Part shown: piece after piece, positions 39,701 to 49,086 of the stretch
Layout of the letters: every line of letters starts with the position of its first letter
Numbering within the stretch: the first letter of the stretch is position 1
The notes under the pieces: generated by a model
What the model was told of the DNA's origin: nothing
Databases searched by the model: none
The model's input: the letters and a program-made list of their open reading frames with translations, nothing else
Made by a program: the position numbers and the translations under genes
IMG/VR virus record: IMGVR_UViG_3300027963_000040
DNA from: a virus
Strand: one strand, 5' to 3'
Length of the DNA: 64,000 bases

Positions 39701-40646
39701 TATCAGACTGCGACACCGTAGAATTAGAATTAAAGTAGCCTTGCGCATACAAGTAATTAACTTCATCCACAGGCTGTTCGATGAAATATCCCGTCGCGAC
39801 AGTTCCAGACACATCGGCGAGATCTAGTCTTGTGTAAGTATCAAACGGTTCGTTTACGTATATCTGCTTTGAAGTTCCATTAGACGAAGAAATTTCGCGA
39901 ATCTGACCTGCTCCGAACCCTGATTTTAAATATATCGAAGATTTTACATAATAATCGTCTGTGTTAGAAGACGATTGAGGAAGCTGAATTACGTAATTAC
40001 CGACCGTTCCGCCGATATAGCCAGTTTCATAAACGAAGTAACTATTTCCTCCATCGGTAATTTTAATAACATCAATAGAACCCGGAGTTGTGTTTCCTTG
40101 AACAGCAGCGTTCGTGCTAACTGGAATATAATTTGCGGTTGTGAATTTAGAGTTTGATGATGCGTCGATCGTATACATGTATTTCCAGACGTAACCATCG
40201 CCAGTTTTAAACGTCCCGGAAGTGGACGTAAGAGTTGGTTTTACGTAGGATGTAGTGCCGTTGTTATTGTCGATACACTTATACACTTCGTATTTGTCGG
40301 TTACAACGTAGAATTTTTTTGAATAGAGATCGGTAACCGTCTGATCGTAAACGTCGTACTTGGTGTTGATAACCCAGTCGTAACGCGGAATCAAATTACT
40401 AACGTCTGAATCAGTAAGAAGTTTACCGTAAAGCAGATCGTCATATACGGTTTGTTCCACCTGAGCAACCGAATTGTTAGTTCCTAATACTGCATAATCG
40501 TCATCACCACCAGAGCTGTTAGCCCAAGGTTGTGGTCTAGACGCAAACATGTAATAACCATTTCTGTTATTACGAATGTCAGTGATGAAACCGTTTGCCT
40601 GATTTATGTAATGGTTAATCGTAAGTGTTGCCATTAGTTCGCCCAA
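36735..40646 (-). CDS. gp8: Baseplate wedge protein gp8-like with very large insertions
   Basis: VYKCIDNN, TGDGYVWKYMY, GHGYDSVTELG and C-terminal RSATSKEEIRIVIKF; the ATG at 40634 may be the real start. Confidence 0.85.
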   Translation of the reverse strand: MGELMATLTINHYINQANGFITDIRNNRNGYYMFASRPQPWANSSGGDDDYAVLGTNNSVAQVEQTVYDDLLYGKLLTDSDVSNLIPRYDWVINTKYDVYDQTVTDLYSKKFYVVTDKYEVYKCIDNNNGTTSYVKPTLTSTSGTFKTGDGYVWKYMYTIDASSNSKFTTANYIPVSTNAAVQGNTTPGSIDVIKITDGGNSYFVYETGYIGGTVGNYVIQLPQSSSNTDDYYVKSSIYLKSGFGAGQIREISSSNGTSKQIYVNEPFDTYTRLDLADVSGTVATGYFIEQPVDEVNYLYAQGYFNSNSTVSQSDTGVSGKVLATNSSVVQITRYAANTLFQNGFPIVDAAYSGTLKTGNVSVGNVGSCNIAFVTTAGSGYTANATVTITANGTGSGATANAQANASGKISAINITAVGNSYFVAPTLTISAPAAQTFNSNTAVTAGTGGGSNNVINLTRLDNISLSGGIALGYNNNDIITVKSATTNATVTFTTNSTGGSLAFTIANTGVGFDLSGTIPVSNIAITNSTGGTATGNTTVTYLVANVASATAFYTANDLITYTVSAGNTAIAGLTSGTTYYIEFANSTVVALKATATGSRIALTKGVGSTGHTLQGQTATAIMYCDNQIVRGYGTQLNDSANGYANGEYIRVGANTVSNIRRVANNVNTTVLITDLPFGVSFTASNNSHYKMNVAAQPASIVIKRTNGYVSNTNLTSVQVSITNSSIAGVYFSVGEKVNMTNSGLVNQGANAIIAYSNSSTVILSSVSGSWQANSGGTQFYVNGESSLQLSQIVSVQSNPNITINKPNGTFKLGYPVFFKTTANSASSGNATLVSQLNLPNDQTEYQIGPTVSITGDGSNAIAIAVVNTAANSSYDVVGINIVNPGTGYTQANVSIYANTNYGIGAKARAIISPLYGHGYDSVTELGGRYVGVDAKFDTITNESYKILGYGSYRKVGILQNPQFRDIKITLTDFDRVNLTLNSTSGTWANGEVALQSSTNAAGIVVYGNSTFLQLKNVKGTFNISNTVQGYYSNTTSNVVTANTIYFPVGNSAEIITQSNSGSVGVITSVISNTVYFMSNVVGQFATGDVMYDAIVNAYATVSSIYASNGTIDVSSNFGNRFNQTARVTLTANTGAFSKNEYVQQDISMASGRIVSATDEKDLSISIISGAFTIGQTVTDTTTNANGICTFANSTYLKLTSVSANLSFGSGRTINNGVAATANVTGVYPVLVLNDVSDVNNFQAGSNAINGQTSGAAGTCNNYLLITNPDLVRDSGKMIYTESFTPVTRSATSKEEIRIVIKF

Positions 40647-40666
40647 TTACCTTTATGCTATTTATT

Positions 40667-42898
40667 TTAAGAATAAGCGCGAATTTCGATAATGTCACCA
40701 AGAGCAGCTGCCGAATTCAACGCTACTGAAACCCCATTTGTTGCAGTAAATTCAGAATTTGATAATTTGATACCCTTGAACTCATGAATTTCTCCAGCTC
40801 CAGTTCTTGTTTCCAAAATATTTGCATTGGTTCCTCCTATAGTGGTTGACAGCGCAATCGAGCTCGAATTTGCAAATGTAACGTAGTAGTATGTATTGCC
40901 TGTTAAATTAGAAATTGCCGTATTACCGACAGGAACGCTATAGTAAATCGGATCATTCACATCGATGTAAGTGTTTGCATTCGTAACTGATAATACATCT
41001 GCGGTATTATTTGCATATGATGTGTTCGCTATAATTTTATAATTTCGGTAGACATCTAAATTACCAGCTGTATAACCAGTTTGTGGAGTAAACAAAGTCT
41101 GATTGGCTGAAGCGACGAATATATCGTATTTTGTTTTTATAAAAGCTTCTGCTTCAGATTGCTCGGACGTAAATTCATTTTTTAATCTGAAACTTCCAAA
41201 CAAAGCAATACCGGATGGGTGTATCAAATCCTCGACGATGGTTTTGTATACGTTCAACATTCTGTTAACTAAAATATCGTACGAGAAATCTTGATAGTAA
41301 TAGCTATCTTGTATTTTCATAATATCGCTTACGAATCCTTTATTGCTTCTCCAGTAACCAGTTCCTTTTCCTTCCGTGTCGATAACAGCTGCACCCGTCA
41401 CAACAACTCCTTGATTTACAGGCGTCGAAAGGAAAACCGTGTCTCCGGGAGAGAAACCGAAACCAGAATCAACAACTTCTACAGCCGTAGCCACACCTTG
41501 AGAATTAGCAACAGTTGAAGTGATTAAAGCATCTCGACCTTTGATTCCGCCGAATCCATCCGGATATCTTTGACTGGCGACTTTAGGTTCCAGTACATTG
41601 ATATACGGATTTGAAGAATAACCAACTCCGGGATTAATCTGAGATAGGAATGCAATGGTGCCGGCTTCAATAGTCTCGAACGATAACGTATCGTTAATTA
41701 CAGAGTTTAAATTAGCCACAGGATTTTTTGGAGCAAAAGACCAATTGGCATTCAAATTTGCGTTAAGATAATTGTTTATGTAATCCGTATTAACATATAA
41801 AATTTCTTTGTTAACGAGACCGCCAACTTTAAATGTCGCTCCTGTTCCACCACCACCAATGACGCTCAAGACAGTTCCTGAAGCGCCATTCGAGTTGGTT
41901 ACTGTATCACCAACGTAAAAATTTAGATTAGAACTAAAATTGATCATCTGAACGAACGTTGTGTTAGAAAACGTGATAGTGCCATTCGCTGCAGTGTTCG
42001 AACTAACTAGCTTATCTCCAATCGCAAAAGACCCAATCGTATTTGAAACATTTAAATATAGAGACGTCGCGACTGTCACTACTGCATTAACACTGTAACC
42101 GCTACCGCCGTCAATCAGGTTGAACTGAACCTTACCATTCTCGTCTCTTATACCTGCGATTCTAGCCTTACCATTAACGCCTGTTCCGGATATATCTACC
42201 AAATCGCCTTTTTTGAACCCCAAACCGCCATTTTCAATAGCAACTGCAGTAAGCGAACCAAGAATTACAGGAGCATTATTTAAATTTATTTCAGGAACTG
42301 ATTCAGAAAGAATTCTCTCTCCGTATTTGAATCTACCGTCAATCGTTGAAAGATAAAGCACATGCATAAAACGATTGTTAACGATTTTTTGATTAACTGA
42401 TTCAACAACAGCAGTCGCGTTTCGGCTACTATTGTAAATTTGTTTACCAATCAATTTTTCCAAGTATTTACTGTCAGACACTTCAATGTATCTTGGAATG
42501 ACCCATTCGCCATCTGATGGTTTAAAAAGAAAATCACCGGGAATGTATATTTCAATTGATTCATTATAAAGAATTCTGAACAGCAACTCGTACGCGCGCG
42601 GAGTTCCTTTTGATCTGTAAAGATCAAGAATATGCTTGACGAGTAGTCGTTTGTCCGCTATAATAGACTCTGGAAGTGATTGAAGATAAGTATTCTTAAA
42701 GTACTTAACGAAGTTTGCTTCCGTTGAATCAACGTCGACATAGTCAAGTAGAGACCTAGAGTGATACAGAGCATTACCGGGTGATTCGAGCCACTCATAA
42801 TACGCTTTCACGAACGCAATGAAGTTCGGACCTTCTTCTTTATAAAAAGCAGGAAACTGCTGGGGAATGAAAGGGGATACAAGCTTCTCAATAGACAT
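40667..42898 (-). CDS. gp7: Baseplate wedge initiator gp7-like
   Basis: FIAFVKAYYEWLE, LYRSKGT, IQDSYYYQDFSY and LIHPSG motifs. Confidence 0.82.
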   Translation of the reverse strand: MSIEKLVSPFIPQQFPAFYKEEGPNFIAFVKAYYEWLESPGNALYHSRSLLDYVDVDSTEANFVKYFKNTYLQSLPESIIADKRLLVKHILDLYRSKGTPRAYELLFRILYNESIEIYIPGDFLFKPSDGEWVIPRYIEVSDSKYLEKLIGKQIYNSSRNATAVVESVNQKIVNNRFMHVLYLSTIDGRFKYGERILSESVPEINLNNAPVILGSLTAVAIENGGLGFKKGDLVDISGTGVNGKARIAGIRDENGKVQFNLIDGGSGYSVNAVVTVATSLYLNVSNTIGSFAIGDKLVSSNTAANGTITFSNTTFVQMINFSSNLNFYVGDTVTNSNGASGTVLSVIGGGGTGATFKVGGLVNKEILYVNTDYINNYLNANLNANWSFAPKNPVANLNSVINDTLSFETIEAGTIAFLSQINPGVGYSSNPYINVLEPKVASQRYPDGFGGIKGRDALITSTVANSQGVATAVEVVDSGFGFSPGDTVFLSTPVNQGVVVTGAAVIDTEGKGTGYWRSNKGFVSDIMKIQDSYYYQDFSYDILVNRMLNVYKTIVEDLIHPSGIALFGSFRLKNEFTSEQSEAEAFIKTKYDIFVASANQTLFTPQTGYTAGNLDVYRNYKIIANTSYANNTADVLSVTNANTYIDVNDPIYYSVPVGNTAISNLTGNTYYYVTFANSSSIALSTTIGGTNANILETRTGAGEIHEFKGIKLSNSEFTATNGVSVALNSAAALGDIIEIRAYS

Positions 42899-44721
42899 TA
42901 AATTGGCACTACCGTAATGTTTAGATTAGCATGATCAATCTGAATCAAATCGTTTCCGCTTGCCATAATATCTTGATTCGCAGGCGAAGCGAAGAACTGT
43001 ATTGACGACGAATCAACAAATCCGTTAATCGTTATCTGATTTAGAGATATTGCACCGTTTACGTAATTGATTGACCCTGCGGTTGAATAAGACTCGTATC
43101 CGGGAAGAGTAACGTCTCTCAGATAAACGTTCTTCGAAGAGTTCGTTACTACGATTTTACCTCCTGGTAATTGATTGATTAAGAAGGTATTATTGATTGG
43201 ATTATAATCCGTATACTGGTAACTTCTACCGCCACTTATAAACGTAGTCGAAGAAAACGAACCTGGAACGATTGCATTTCGATAATTGATATCGATGTAA
43301 GTGTCAGTGTTCAAATCTGGATTTACATCTTTTCTCATAACGATAGTTGTTTCGTTACTACTGATGCTCTGATCTGAATCGTTGATTGCGGCTTCCAGTC
43401 TTGAGAGTTTGAATTCGATATCAAAGTCAGTCAAGTATTCGGTGTCGTATATTCCTATCGCCTGGTTTACGATTGATTGCACGTCGGCTAATGTTTTGAT
43501 CGTCGCGGCACTGTCGAATTTGACTTTAGAAGTGACTAAGAGATATAGATAATTTGGATCAATGACTTTAGGTTTGATACCTAATGTGCATTTGTTTTGA
43601 AGATATGTTTCGATGTTTTGTTTCTCTAGATCTGAGAGAGGAGCTCCGGAATAGGTCACCGGAGTGATGAACACTTTACCGAATTGAACCGAACCAACAA
43701 CCGATTCGCCTCCGAACACATTCACTGTTTTGACTTCGGTAAAGTTACCAAGAACCATATTCTTGAAATCAGACATCGTAACAGCTCTGTCCTGAGTCTG
43801 ATAATGTCTTGGCGCGTTGTACCTAATAGAGTCGATTGTTTCCGCCGAAGCGCCGCCAGAGCTTCCCTTGCCGAATACAGTGATGGTCGGACTCAAGAAA
43901 CTTCCTAGACCGTTTATCACCCCGATGTTATCGTCAAGTGTGAAGTTCGTAGAGCCGTCTGCAAAGGAACCTGAGCATGTTCTATACGTCGTGTAAACCA
44001 GAGCATTATTCAGAGGCTTACGACCAAACACTCCATCTCCGAAAACAATTTCATAACGAGTGTCTTCCGTAGCCTGAAGAAAGTAAATCGTAGAGTTCGA
44101 AGTAAGACCGTAAAGGTTTGGAGCCAAATTAAAATAAGTGTTCGCCTGACTGTTATTTTCTGAGACGAGAACAACCATAGAATCTGTATCGATATTGTCG
44201 TTTGTCATAACGAAACGCTGAGCTTCAATTGAACTGTCTACAACGAATGCATCGCTGATATATATGCCTTCGTATATGTTTAGATTGGCAGTAAAGTAAC
44301 CACCCGAAGGGTAGATCACATGCGACTGGTTTGTTGTATATGTAAACGTACCGTTGCCTGATTTACCGGTAAATTTAGTTCCCGAAGGAATCGAGAGCAC
44401 CGAAAGACCAGTCTGAGGAAAACGCACGTTGATTTGCGCTTCAGATGACTTGGCTGATCTTGGTATGTAGTTTAGTTCTTTGGCTCTTGAGATAACGCTG
44501 TTACGCAGCTGCGCCGAGTCTAGGAACATCTCAGATACAGCCATGTTCATATAAAATGCATTCAGGTGTGTATTGTATGTTAGGATGTCAAGCAACACAG
44601 ACATATTAGAACCATTGAAATCGTAGTCAGCGAATTGCTTCTGTGTTTTCAGATACGTTTTCAAACTTGCTTTTAGACTATCGAAGTCTAGATTTACCAG
44701 ACTGATTGAGTTATTTGTCAT
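42898..44721 (-). CDS. gp6: Baseplate wedge subunit
   Basis: LDFDSLK, DYDFNGSNMSVLLDILTYNTH, FGDGVFG and QDRAVT motifs. Confidence 0.95.
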   Translation of the reverse strand: MTNNSISLVNLDFDSLKASLKTYLKTQKQFADYDFNGSNMSVLLDILTYNTHLNAFYMNMAVSEMFLDSAQLRNSVISRAKELNYIPRSAKSSEAQINVRFPQTGLSVLSIPSGTKFTGKSGNGTFTYTTNQSHVIYPSGGYFTANLNIYEGIYISDAFVVDSSIEAQRFVMTNDNIDTDSMVVLVSENNSQANTYFNLAPNLYGLTSNSTIYFLQATEDTRYEIVFGDGVFGRKPLNNALVYTTYRTCSGSFADGSTNFTLDDNIGVINGLGSFLSPTITVFGKGSSGGASAETIDSIRYNAPRHYQTQDRAVTMSDFKNMVLGNFTEVKTVNVFGGESVVGSVQFGKVFITPVTYSGAPLSDLEKQNIETYLQNKCTLGIKPKVIDPNYLYLLVTSKVKFDSAATIKTLADVQSIVNQAIGIYDTEYLTDFDIEFKLSRLEAAINDSDQSISSNETTIVMRKDVNPDLNTDTYIDINYRNAIVPGSFSSTTFISGGRSYQYTDYNPINNTFLINQLPGGKIVVTNSSKNVYLRDVTLPGYESYSTAGSINYVNGAISLNQITINGFVDSSSIQFFASPANQDIMASGNDLIQIDHANLNITVVPI

Positions 44722-45143
44722 TAACGTACTCTTCTTAGGAACAGGTTTACACTTTGCACTTGCATACTATTTATTATTGAAAAAATGATATTGATAGCGA
44801 CACGGTCCTCTTCTGAGAAAGAAGTAACACGCACTTCAATCAGATTGACTCTTGGTTCATGAAAACGAATAGCGTTTCCTATAGCGAATCTAAGATTTTC
44901 TTCCATAATGACATCGTTAGGCTCGAATAAAGAAGCATACACATCCGAACCAATATTAGGCTGGAATGGTCTTTCGCCTAGATTGGTTAGAATGATGTTC
45001 TTTAGTGCCTGCTTGATTGATTGCTCGTTCTTTACACGACCAAGATCTTTGGTGATTGGATGTGGAGTTAGACCGTCAAGGAAGTCCGAGAACAGATCCG
45101 GAGTTACTTTTGTTTGGGTAAAATGATCTGATCTTGTTGACAT
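44721..45143 (-). CDS. gp25: Baseplate wedge subunit gp25
   Basis: IKQALKNIILTNLGERPFQPNIG and HEPRV motifs. Confidence 0.93.
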   Translation of the reverse strand: MSTRSDHFTQTKVTPDLFSDFLDGLTPHPITKDLGRVKNEQSIKQALKNIILTNLGERPFQPNIGSDVYASLFEPNDVIMEENLRFAIGNAIRFHEPRVNLIEVRVTSFSEEDRVAINIIFSIINSMQVQSVNLFLRRVR

Positions 45144-45147
45144 TTGA

Positions 45148-45408
45148 TTATCCTGCAGATATATCTGAAACTGAAGAAGATGCTGAGTGACCGCAAGATG
45201 CAGAGTCTCCAGATCTGACTACACCCTTTCCATTAACAAATACTTTGCTCGATCCACCAACCATTACAGCGCTGTTGTGTGGAGTTTTACCGTGGGGAGT
45301 TACTGAATCGCCAATCAGCGCTATTTTCTTGCCATGCGCAAAAACATTGGAAGAACTTGCTATAATAGAACCACCAGCATTATCCCCATATACACATATA
45401 CCAGCCAT
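45148..45408 (-). CDS. PAAR-like spike tip protein (gp5.4)
   Basis: GD..., VFVNGKGVVRSGDSASCGH; located between gp5 and gp25. Confidence 0.88.
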   Translation of the reverse strand: MAGICVYGDNAGGSIIASSSNVFAHGKKIALIGDSVTPHGKTPHNSAVMVGGSSKVFVNGKGVVRSGDSASCGHSASSSVSDISAG

Positions 45409-45417
45409 GTATTATCC

Positions 45418-46206
45418 TTATGGGTTAAGATTGAGCGGATTACCGACGATCTTGGTTTGACCGAAAGATTCAATCACAGTCTGACCGGTAGATAGAATAT
45501 CTATGTTAGATCCTTGAATCTCAGTCTTATCTTGAGATGTCGACAGAACTCTACCTTGAGAATCGATAGTCACATCGCCACTGATTGTCTTTAGTGTAAT
45601 CGTCTCGGCTTCGACCTCAAAATTCTTACACTTGATTCGTATGTTACCACTACTAATGATTTCAATATTACCACTAGAAGTTACAGACCAATCATCGTTT
45701 AGTATTTCGGTCTTTACGCCGTTGATATGCGTTACTGAATCTGTTCCAACACTTTTGTATTCTGCTCCAGCAATACCTACTGTTTCATCGCCACCGATTG
45801 ATTCATATTTATCACCAACAATAGTCTGTGATAAAACACTACCAACGCCGACGACATACTCGCCACCCGCAGCCATGTATCGGTTACCAGCGGTCTCTTC
45901 TTTGACAGAACCATCAACATTGACATTCATTACGCCTTTTACTTTTACATCGTAATGACCATCAATAGTAGTGCTGAAACCATCGCACATATAGTAATAT
46001 GCTTTACCAACTGAATTGACCACGGTTCTTCCGTCTTTATCAATTTCGGCGTAGCTACCTTTAGTATGAGCGATTCGCAGACTTTCTTTATCCGGAGTGT
46101 CATTGATATGAATCTCATGACCGCTGCGTGTAATCGTTGATTGATTATACGGGTATTCGGCTTCGAATGTAGATTCCGGATGGCGTCTGTTATTTGCGTC
46201 TGACAT
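45418..46206 (-). CDS. gp5 C-terminal beta-helix needle encoded as a separate gene
   Basis: YPYN...TRSGHEIHINDTPDKE...HTKGSYAEI followed by 8-residue (V/I)xGxxxxx repeats. Confidence 0.85.
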   Translation of the reverse strand: MSDANNRRHPESTFEAEYPYNQSTITRSGHEIHINDTPDKESLRIAHTKGSYAEIDKDGRTVVNSVGKAYYYMCDGFSTTIDGHYDVKVKGVMNVNVDGSVKEETAGNRYMAAGGEYVVGVGSVLSQTIVGDKYESIGGDETVGIAGAEYKSVGTDSVTHINGVKTEILNDDWSVTSSGNIEIISSGNIRIKCKNFEVEAETITLKTISGDVTIDSQGRVLSTSQDKTEIQGSNIDILSTGQTVIESFGQTKIVGNPLNLNP

Positions 46207-46215
46207 AATATATCC

Positions 46216-47850
46216 TTATGTTACATTCAAACCGGTACGCATGTTTTGGCGTTGCCTTGCCAATACTCCTTGCGAACGCATGAAATTGTTTACTGGCTGT
46301 GTTGTGCTACTCGACGTATACGTAGCCTGACTTATGTTAGTTTGAAATACAGAGCGAATGCCTGAAACAACAGTTGGTATCAAAGCAGCTACAACTCCAG
46401 CCATTTGAGCTCCACCAGCACCAGCACCTAATACTTTAGACATACCAAATGCCTGCGTAAAGTTAAGGCTACCAGAGACTGCCTTCGATAATGTATCAAA
46501 TGACAGAGGCTGCCCACTCAGTAATGTATTACCAATAGTAGATGTGAAATGATTCTGGGCTGCAAAGGTAGTATGTTCCTGCGCGCTCGCGTAGTTCGGC
46601 TCTCCATTTCTTGGAGTGTAAACAGAAGGATTAGTTCCGTTCGGATCTTTCCATTCAATGAATCCAGGATACGGATCATTGTCAACTGTATAATATTGCT
46701 GAATGTATCCGTCAGGTGGAGTAGATAATGTATAGGTCGCGCTTGGTTTTGCTGATGTTGCTGTAGCTACAGAGATTGCAGGAGGCGCAGGAACTGACGC
46801 AATCAATGAATTGAGCTGGGAATTTGTGGCGTTAGTTATAGCAGCACCAGCTGCAGTTACTGCTCCCGTGGCAGTGTTTATAACTGTATTGATACCACCG
46901 GTTATTGCTCCAACAGCTGTATTCAATCCACCAATAACAGAAGCCATTGCGTAGTTAGCTGTATCAAATACTCCCTGATTGATAAGATTTACACCACATA
47001 CTCGAATATTCAATGCGTTTATAAGTTTCTGAACTTCCTGTACTTTAGAGACAGCAGCATTCAGCATACCGAGAAGCTTGAACAAACCAATCTTTTGGGC
47101 AAGTTTCAGTAGAGCGTTTTTGATCGCCTGAATTGCTGTATTTACAATTCCCGAAACAATACCGGCGACCGTGCTTCCTAGGAAACTTATTATTGAACTG
47201 ATCGAAATAAGGTTGTTGTTCAAACAAGGAAGCGAGGCGAGCGTACCAAGAGGATCAACAGCGTTTACAATATCAAGAACGTTCATACTGCTGTTTTTAT
47301 TATACGAAGCAGTAGTCGGTAGAGTTGGATTAGCCATTTTTGACTCTACAAGGCTAGTCAAAACTCCGCCAGTTGTGTTACTGACTGCTATGATATCAGT
47401 CTGACCCGAATCGATATCCGAAATACTTACTCTGTTTTCATTCAGTGATGTGTACGGATTGTTTGGATTACCTTGGCTTCCAGGAGGTATACTTCCGGTC
47501 GCTGTATCGATCGTCGGAGCGCCACCAGTTGTCTGACCCTCTACCGGATCTCCTGCTCTCCCGACAGCACCAAGAATAATAGGAAGCTGATGATCGGCAT
47601 CAGCCCATTGCCCAAATACTCTAGATCCAACCACAAGACCAACAGGAGCAGTTCCCATACGACCATTAGCGGCTGAGGTTACAGGCTGAACAACCTGCGC
47701 CCAGGGTAAAGCATCATCAGGTATGTTCGTTTTATCGTCGTGTCTACCGTAGATTCTAACTTTGACTCTACCTGATTGATGCGGGTCGTGGACGCTAACT
47801 ACTTCAGCAATGAAAATAGCCGATACCTGCCCAAAATTACGATCTGTCAT
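46216..47850 (-). CDS. gp5: gp5 N-terminal OB-fold hub protein without lysozyme domain
   Basis: DPHQSGRVKVRIYGRH...LPWA...GSRVFG...PIILG OB-fold, followed by a long Ala/Gly/hydrophobic region. Confidence 0.85.
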   Translation of the reverse strand: MTDRNFGQVSAIFIAEVVSVHDPHQSGRVKVRIYGRHDDKTNIPDDALPWAQVVQPVTSAANGRMGTAPVGLVVGSRVFGQWADADHQLPIILGAVGRAGDPVEGQTTGGAPTIDTATGSIPPGSQGNPNNPYTSLNENRVSISDIDSGQTDIIAVSNTTGGVLTSLVESKMANPTLPTTASYNKNSSMNVLDIVNAVDPLGTLASLPCLNNNLISISSIISFLGSTVAGIVSGIVNTAIQAIKNALLKLAQKIGLFKLLGMLNAAVSKVQEVQKLINALNIRVCGVNLINQGVFDTANYAMASVIGGLNTAVGAITGGINTVINTATGAVTAAGAAITNATNSQLNSLIASVPAPPAISVATATSAKPSATYTLSTPPDGYIQQYYTVDNDPYPGFIEWKDPNGTNPSVYTPRNGEPNYASAQEHTTFAAQNHFTSTIGNTLLSGQPLSFDTLSKAVSGSLNFTQAFGMSKVLGAGAGGAQMAGVVAALIPTVVSGIRSVFQTNISQATYTSSSTTQPVNNFMRSQGVLARQRQNMRTGLNVT

Positions 47851-49085
47851 GCGCCTTCCTCAAATCTACCCTTCAATGCTTCAATGATGCAAGTATATCT
47901 AGGTCTCTCCTGAACCAAACCAATCTTATGATGGATTCTAGAAATCAAAAACTTCCCAGACATCAGAGGATCTTCTTTCATATTATTAGTCGTCGCTGAT
48001 CTGTTTGGTAGCGCACAATTGATTGTCACTCCAGCAGTCAGCTGAGTGTCGCCAGGAACTCTTATCTTCAATGCATTTTGTAATAATTGAGCTATGTATG
48101 CCTGGAAGTCAGCAGTTGATTCTGGGATGTGAGTAACCGCTCTTTGTGATATATCGATAGGAATCAGTGATTGCGGTGGGATTCTAGCATTGAAATAACG
48201 ATTTATGAATCCGGATGAAACATCAGTTCCTTTTCCGCCATCTTTGTAGCTAGTATCAGAAGTTTGAACATCCTTCGTTTCAAACTGCCAGGTAGTAAAG
48301 TTAAAAGACGTTACTCTTCTTGGTCCACCAAACGTGATACGATCAATAGAAGAAAGCTGTTGCGGAATAGAAAATGCCAGAATGTTATTGTCTTGTTCGT
48401 TGCTCAGCGAGTTGATATTGATAGCGCCAGACTGCTTGAACTCTTTTACAGGCTCGGTCGCAAATCTAGACTCAATCGTGCAGAACCTCAGTAGCTGCTC
48501 TTCATTTTCTCTTGTTTCAAAAAATACATATGAAGAGGAACGATTCTCTTCTGTAGAAACCGATCTAGCTCTGATCATTTTGATTGCTTCGAATGGACTC
48601 TTGTGAGGAACTAGAACGTTCTGATTACCTCTGGTCTCTTCGACCTCAATTCTTTTTTTAGTAAACAGATATCGATCACATATGTCTTTGACCATATTCG
48701 AACAAAGATCATCATAGCTTTTTTGAACATAATTAGTCTTGGCGTACATTGCTTCTTCTGAAACACACTTCAAAACATATGTTTTCGCTCTCTGGCTATC
48801 CAGCTGTTGCTGGTCGCCGATCTCATATAGAGCAAACGTGTAGTTGGCTTCTTTGAGGTTTGGACTTTTGAATGTGAATGTGCAAGTCTCGTCGCCAAGC
48901 AATCTTAGATTACCAATAATGTCCTGCGTATCCAGAACCGTGATGTCACACACTACTCCAGGAGTAAAAATACTCTCGTAGATAGATGCAGACACAAACG
49001 ATCTGGTTAGATTGAGACTTCCGCGCTGAGAAGTTACAATCAAATTTGATACTAGGACATCGCCAATAGACAAACTATTTGACAT
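47847..49085 (-). CDS. Baseplate hub protein (gp27-like position)
   Basis: IYESIF, YVFFET, VPGDTQLTAG and SGKFLISRIHH motifs; between gp53 and gp5. Confidence 0.7.
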   Translation of the reverse strand: MSNSLSIGDVLVSNLIVTSQRGSLNLTRSFVSASIYESIFTPGVVCDITVLDTQDIIGNLRLLGDETCTFTFKSPNLKEANYTFALYEIGDQQQLDSQRAKTYVLKCVSEEAMYAKTNYVQKSYDDLCSNMVKDICDRYLFTKKRIEVEETRGNQNVLVPHKSPFEAIKMIRARSVSTEENRSSSYVFFETRENEEQLLRFCTIESRFATEPVKEFKQSGAININSLSNEQDNNILAFSIPQQLSSIDRITFGGPRRVTSFNFTTWQFETKDVQTSDTSYKDGGKGTDVSSGFINRYFNARIPPQSLIPIDISQRAVTHIPESTADFQAYIAQLLQNALKIRVPGDTQLTAGVTINCALPNRSATTNNMKEDPLMSGKFLISRIHHKIGLVQERPRYTCIIEALKGRFEEGA

Positions 49086-49086
49086 A

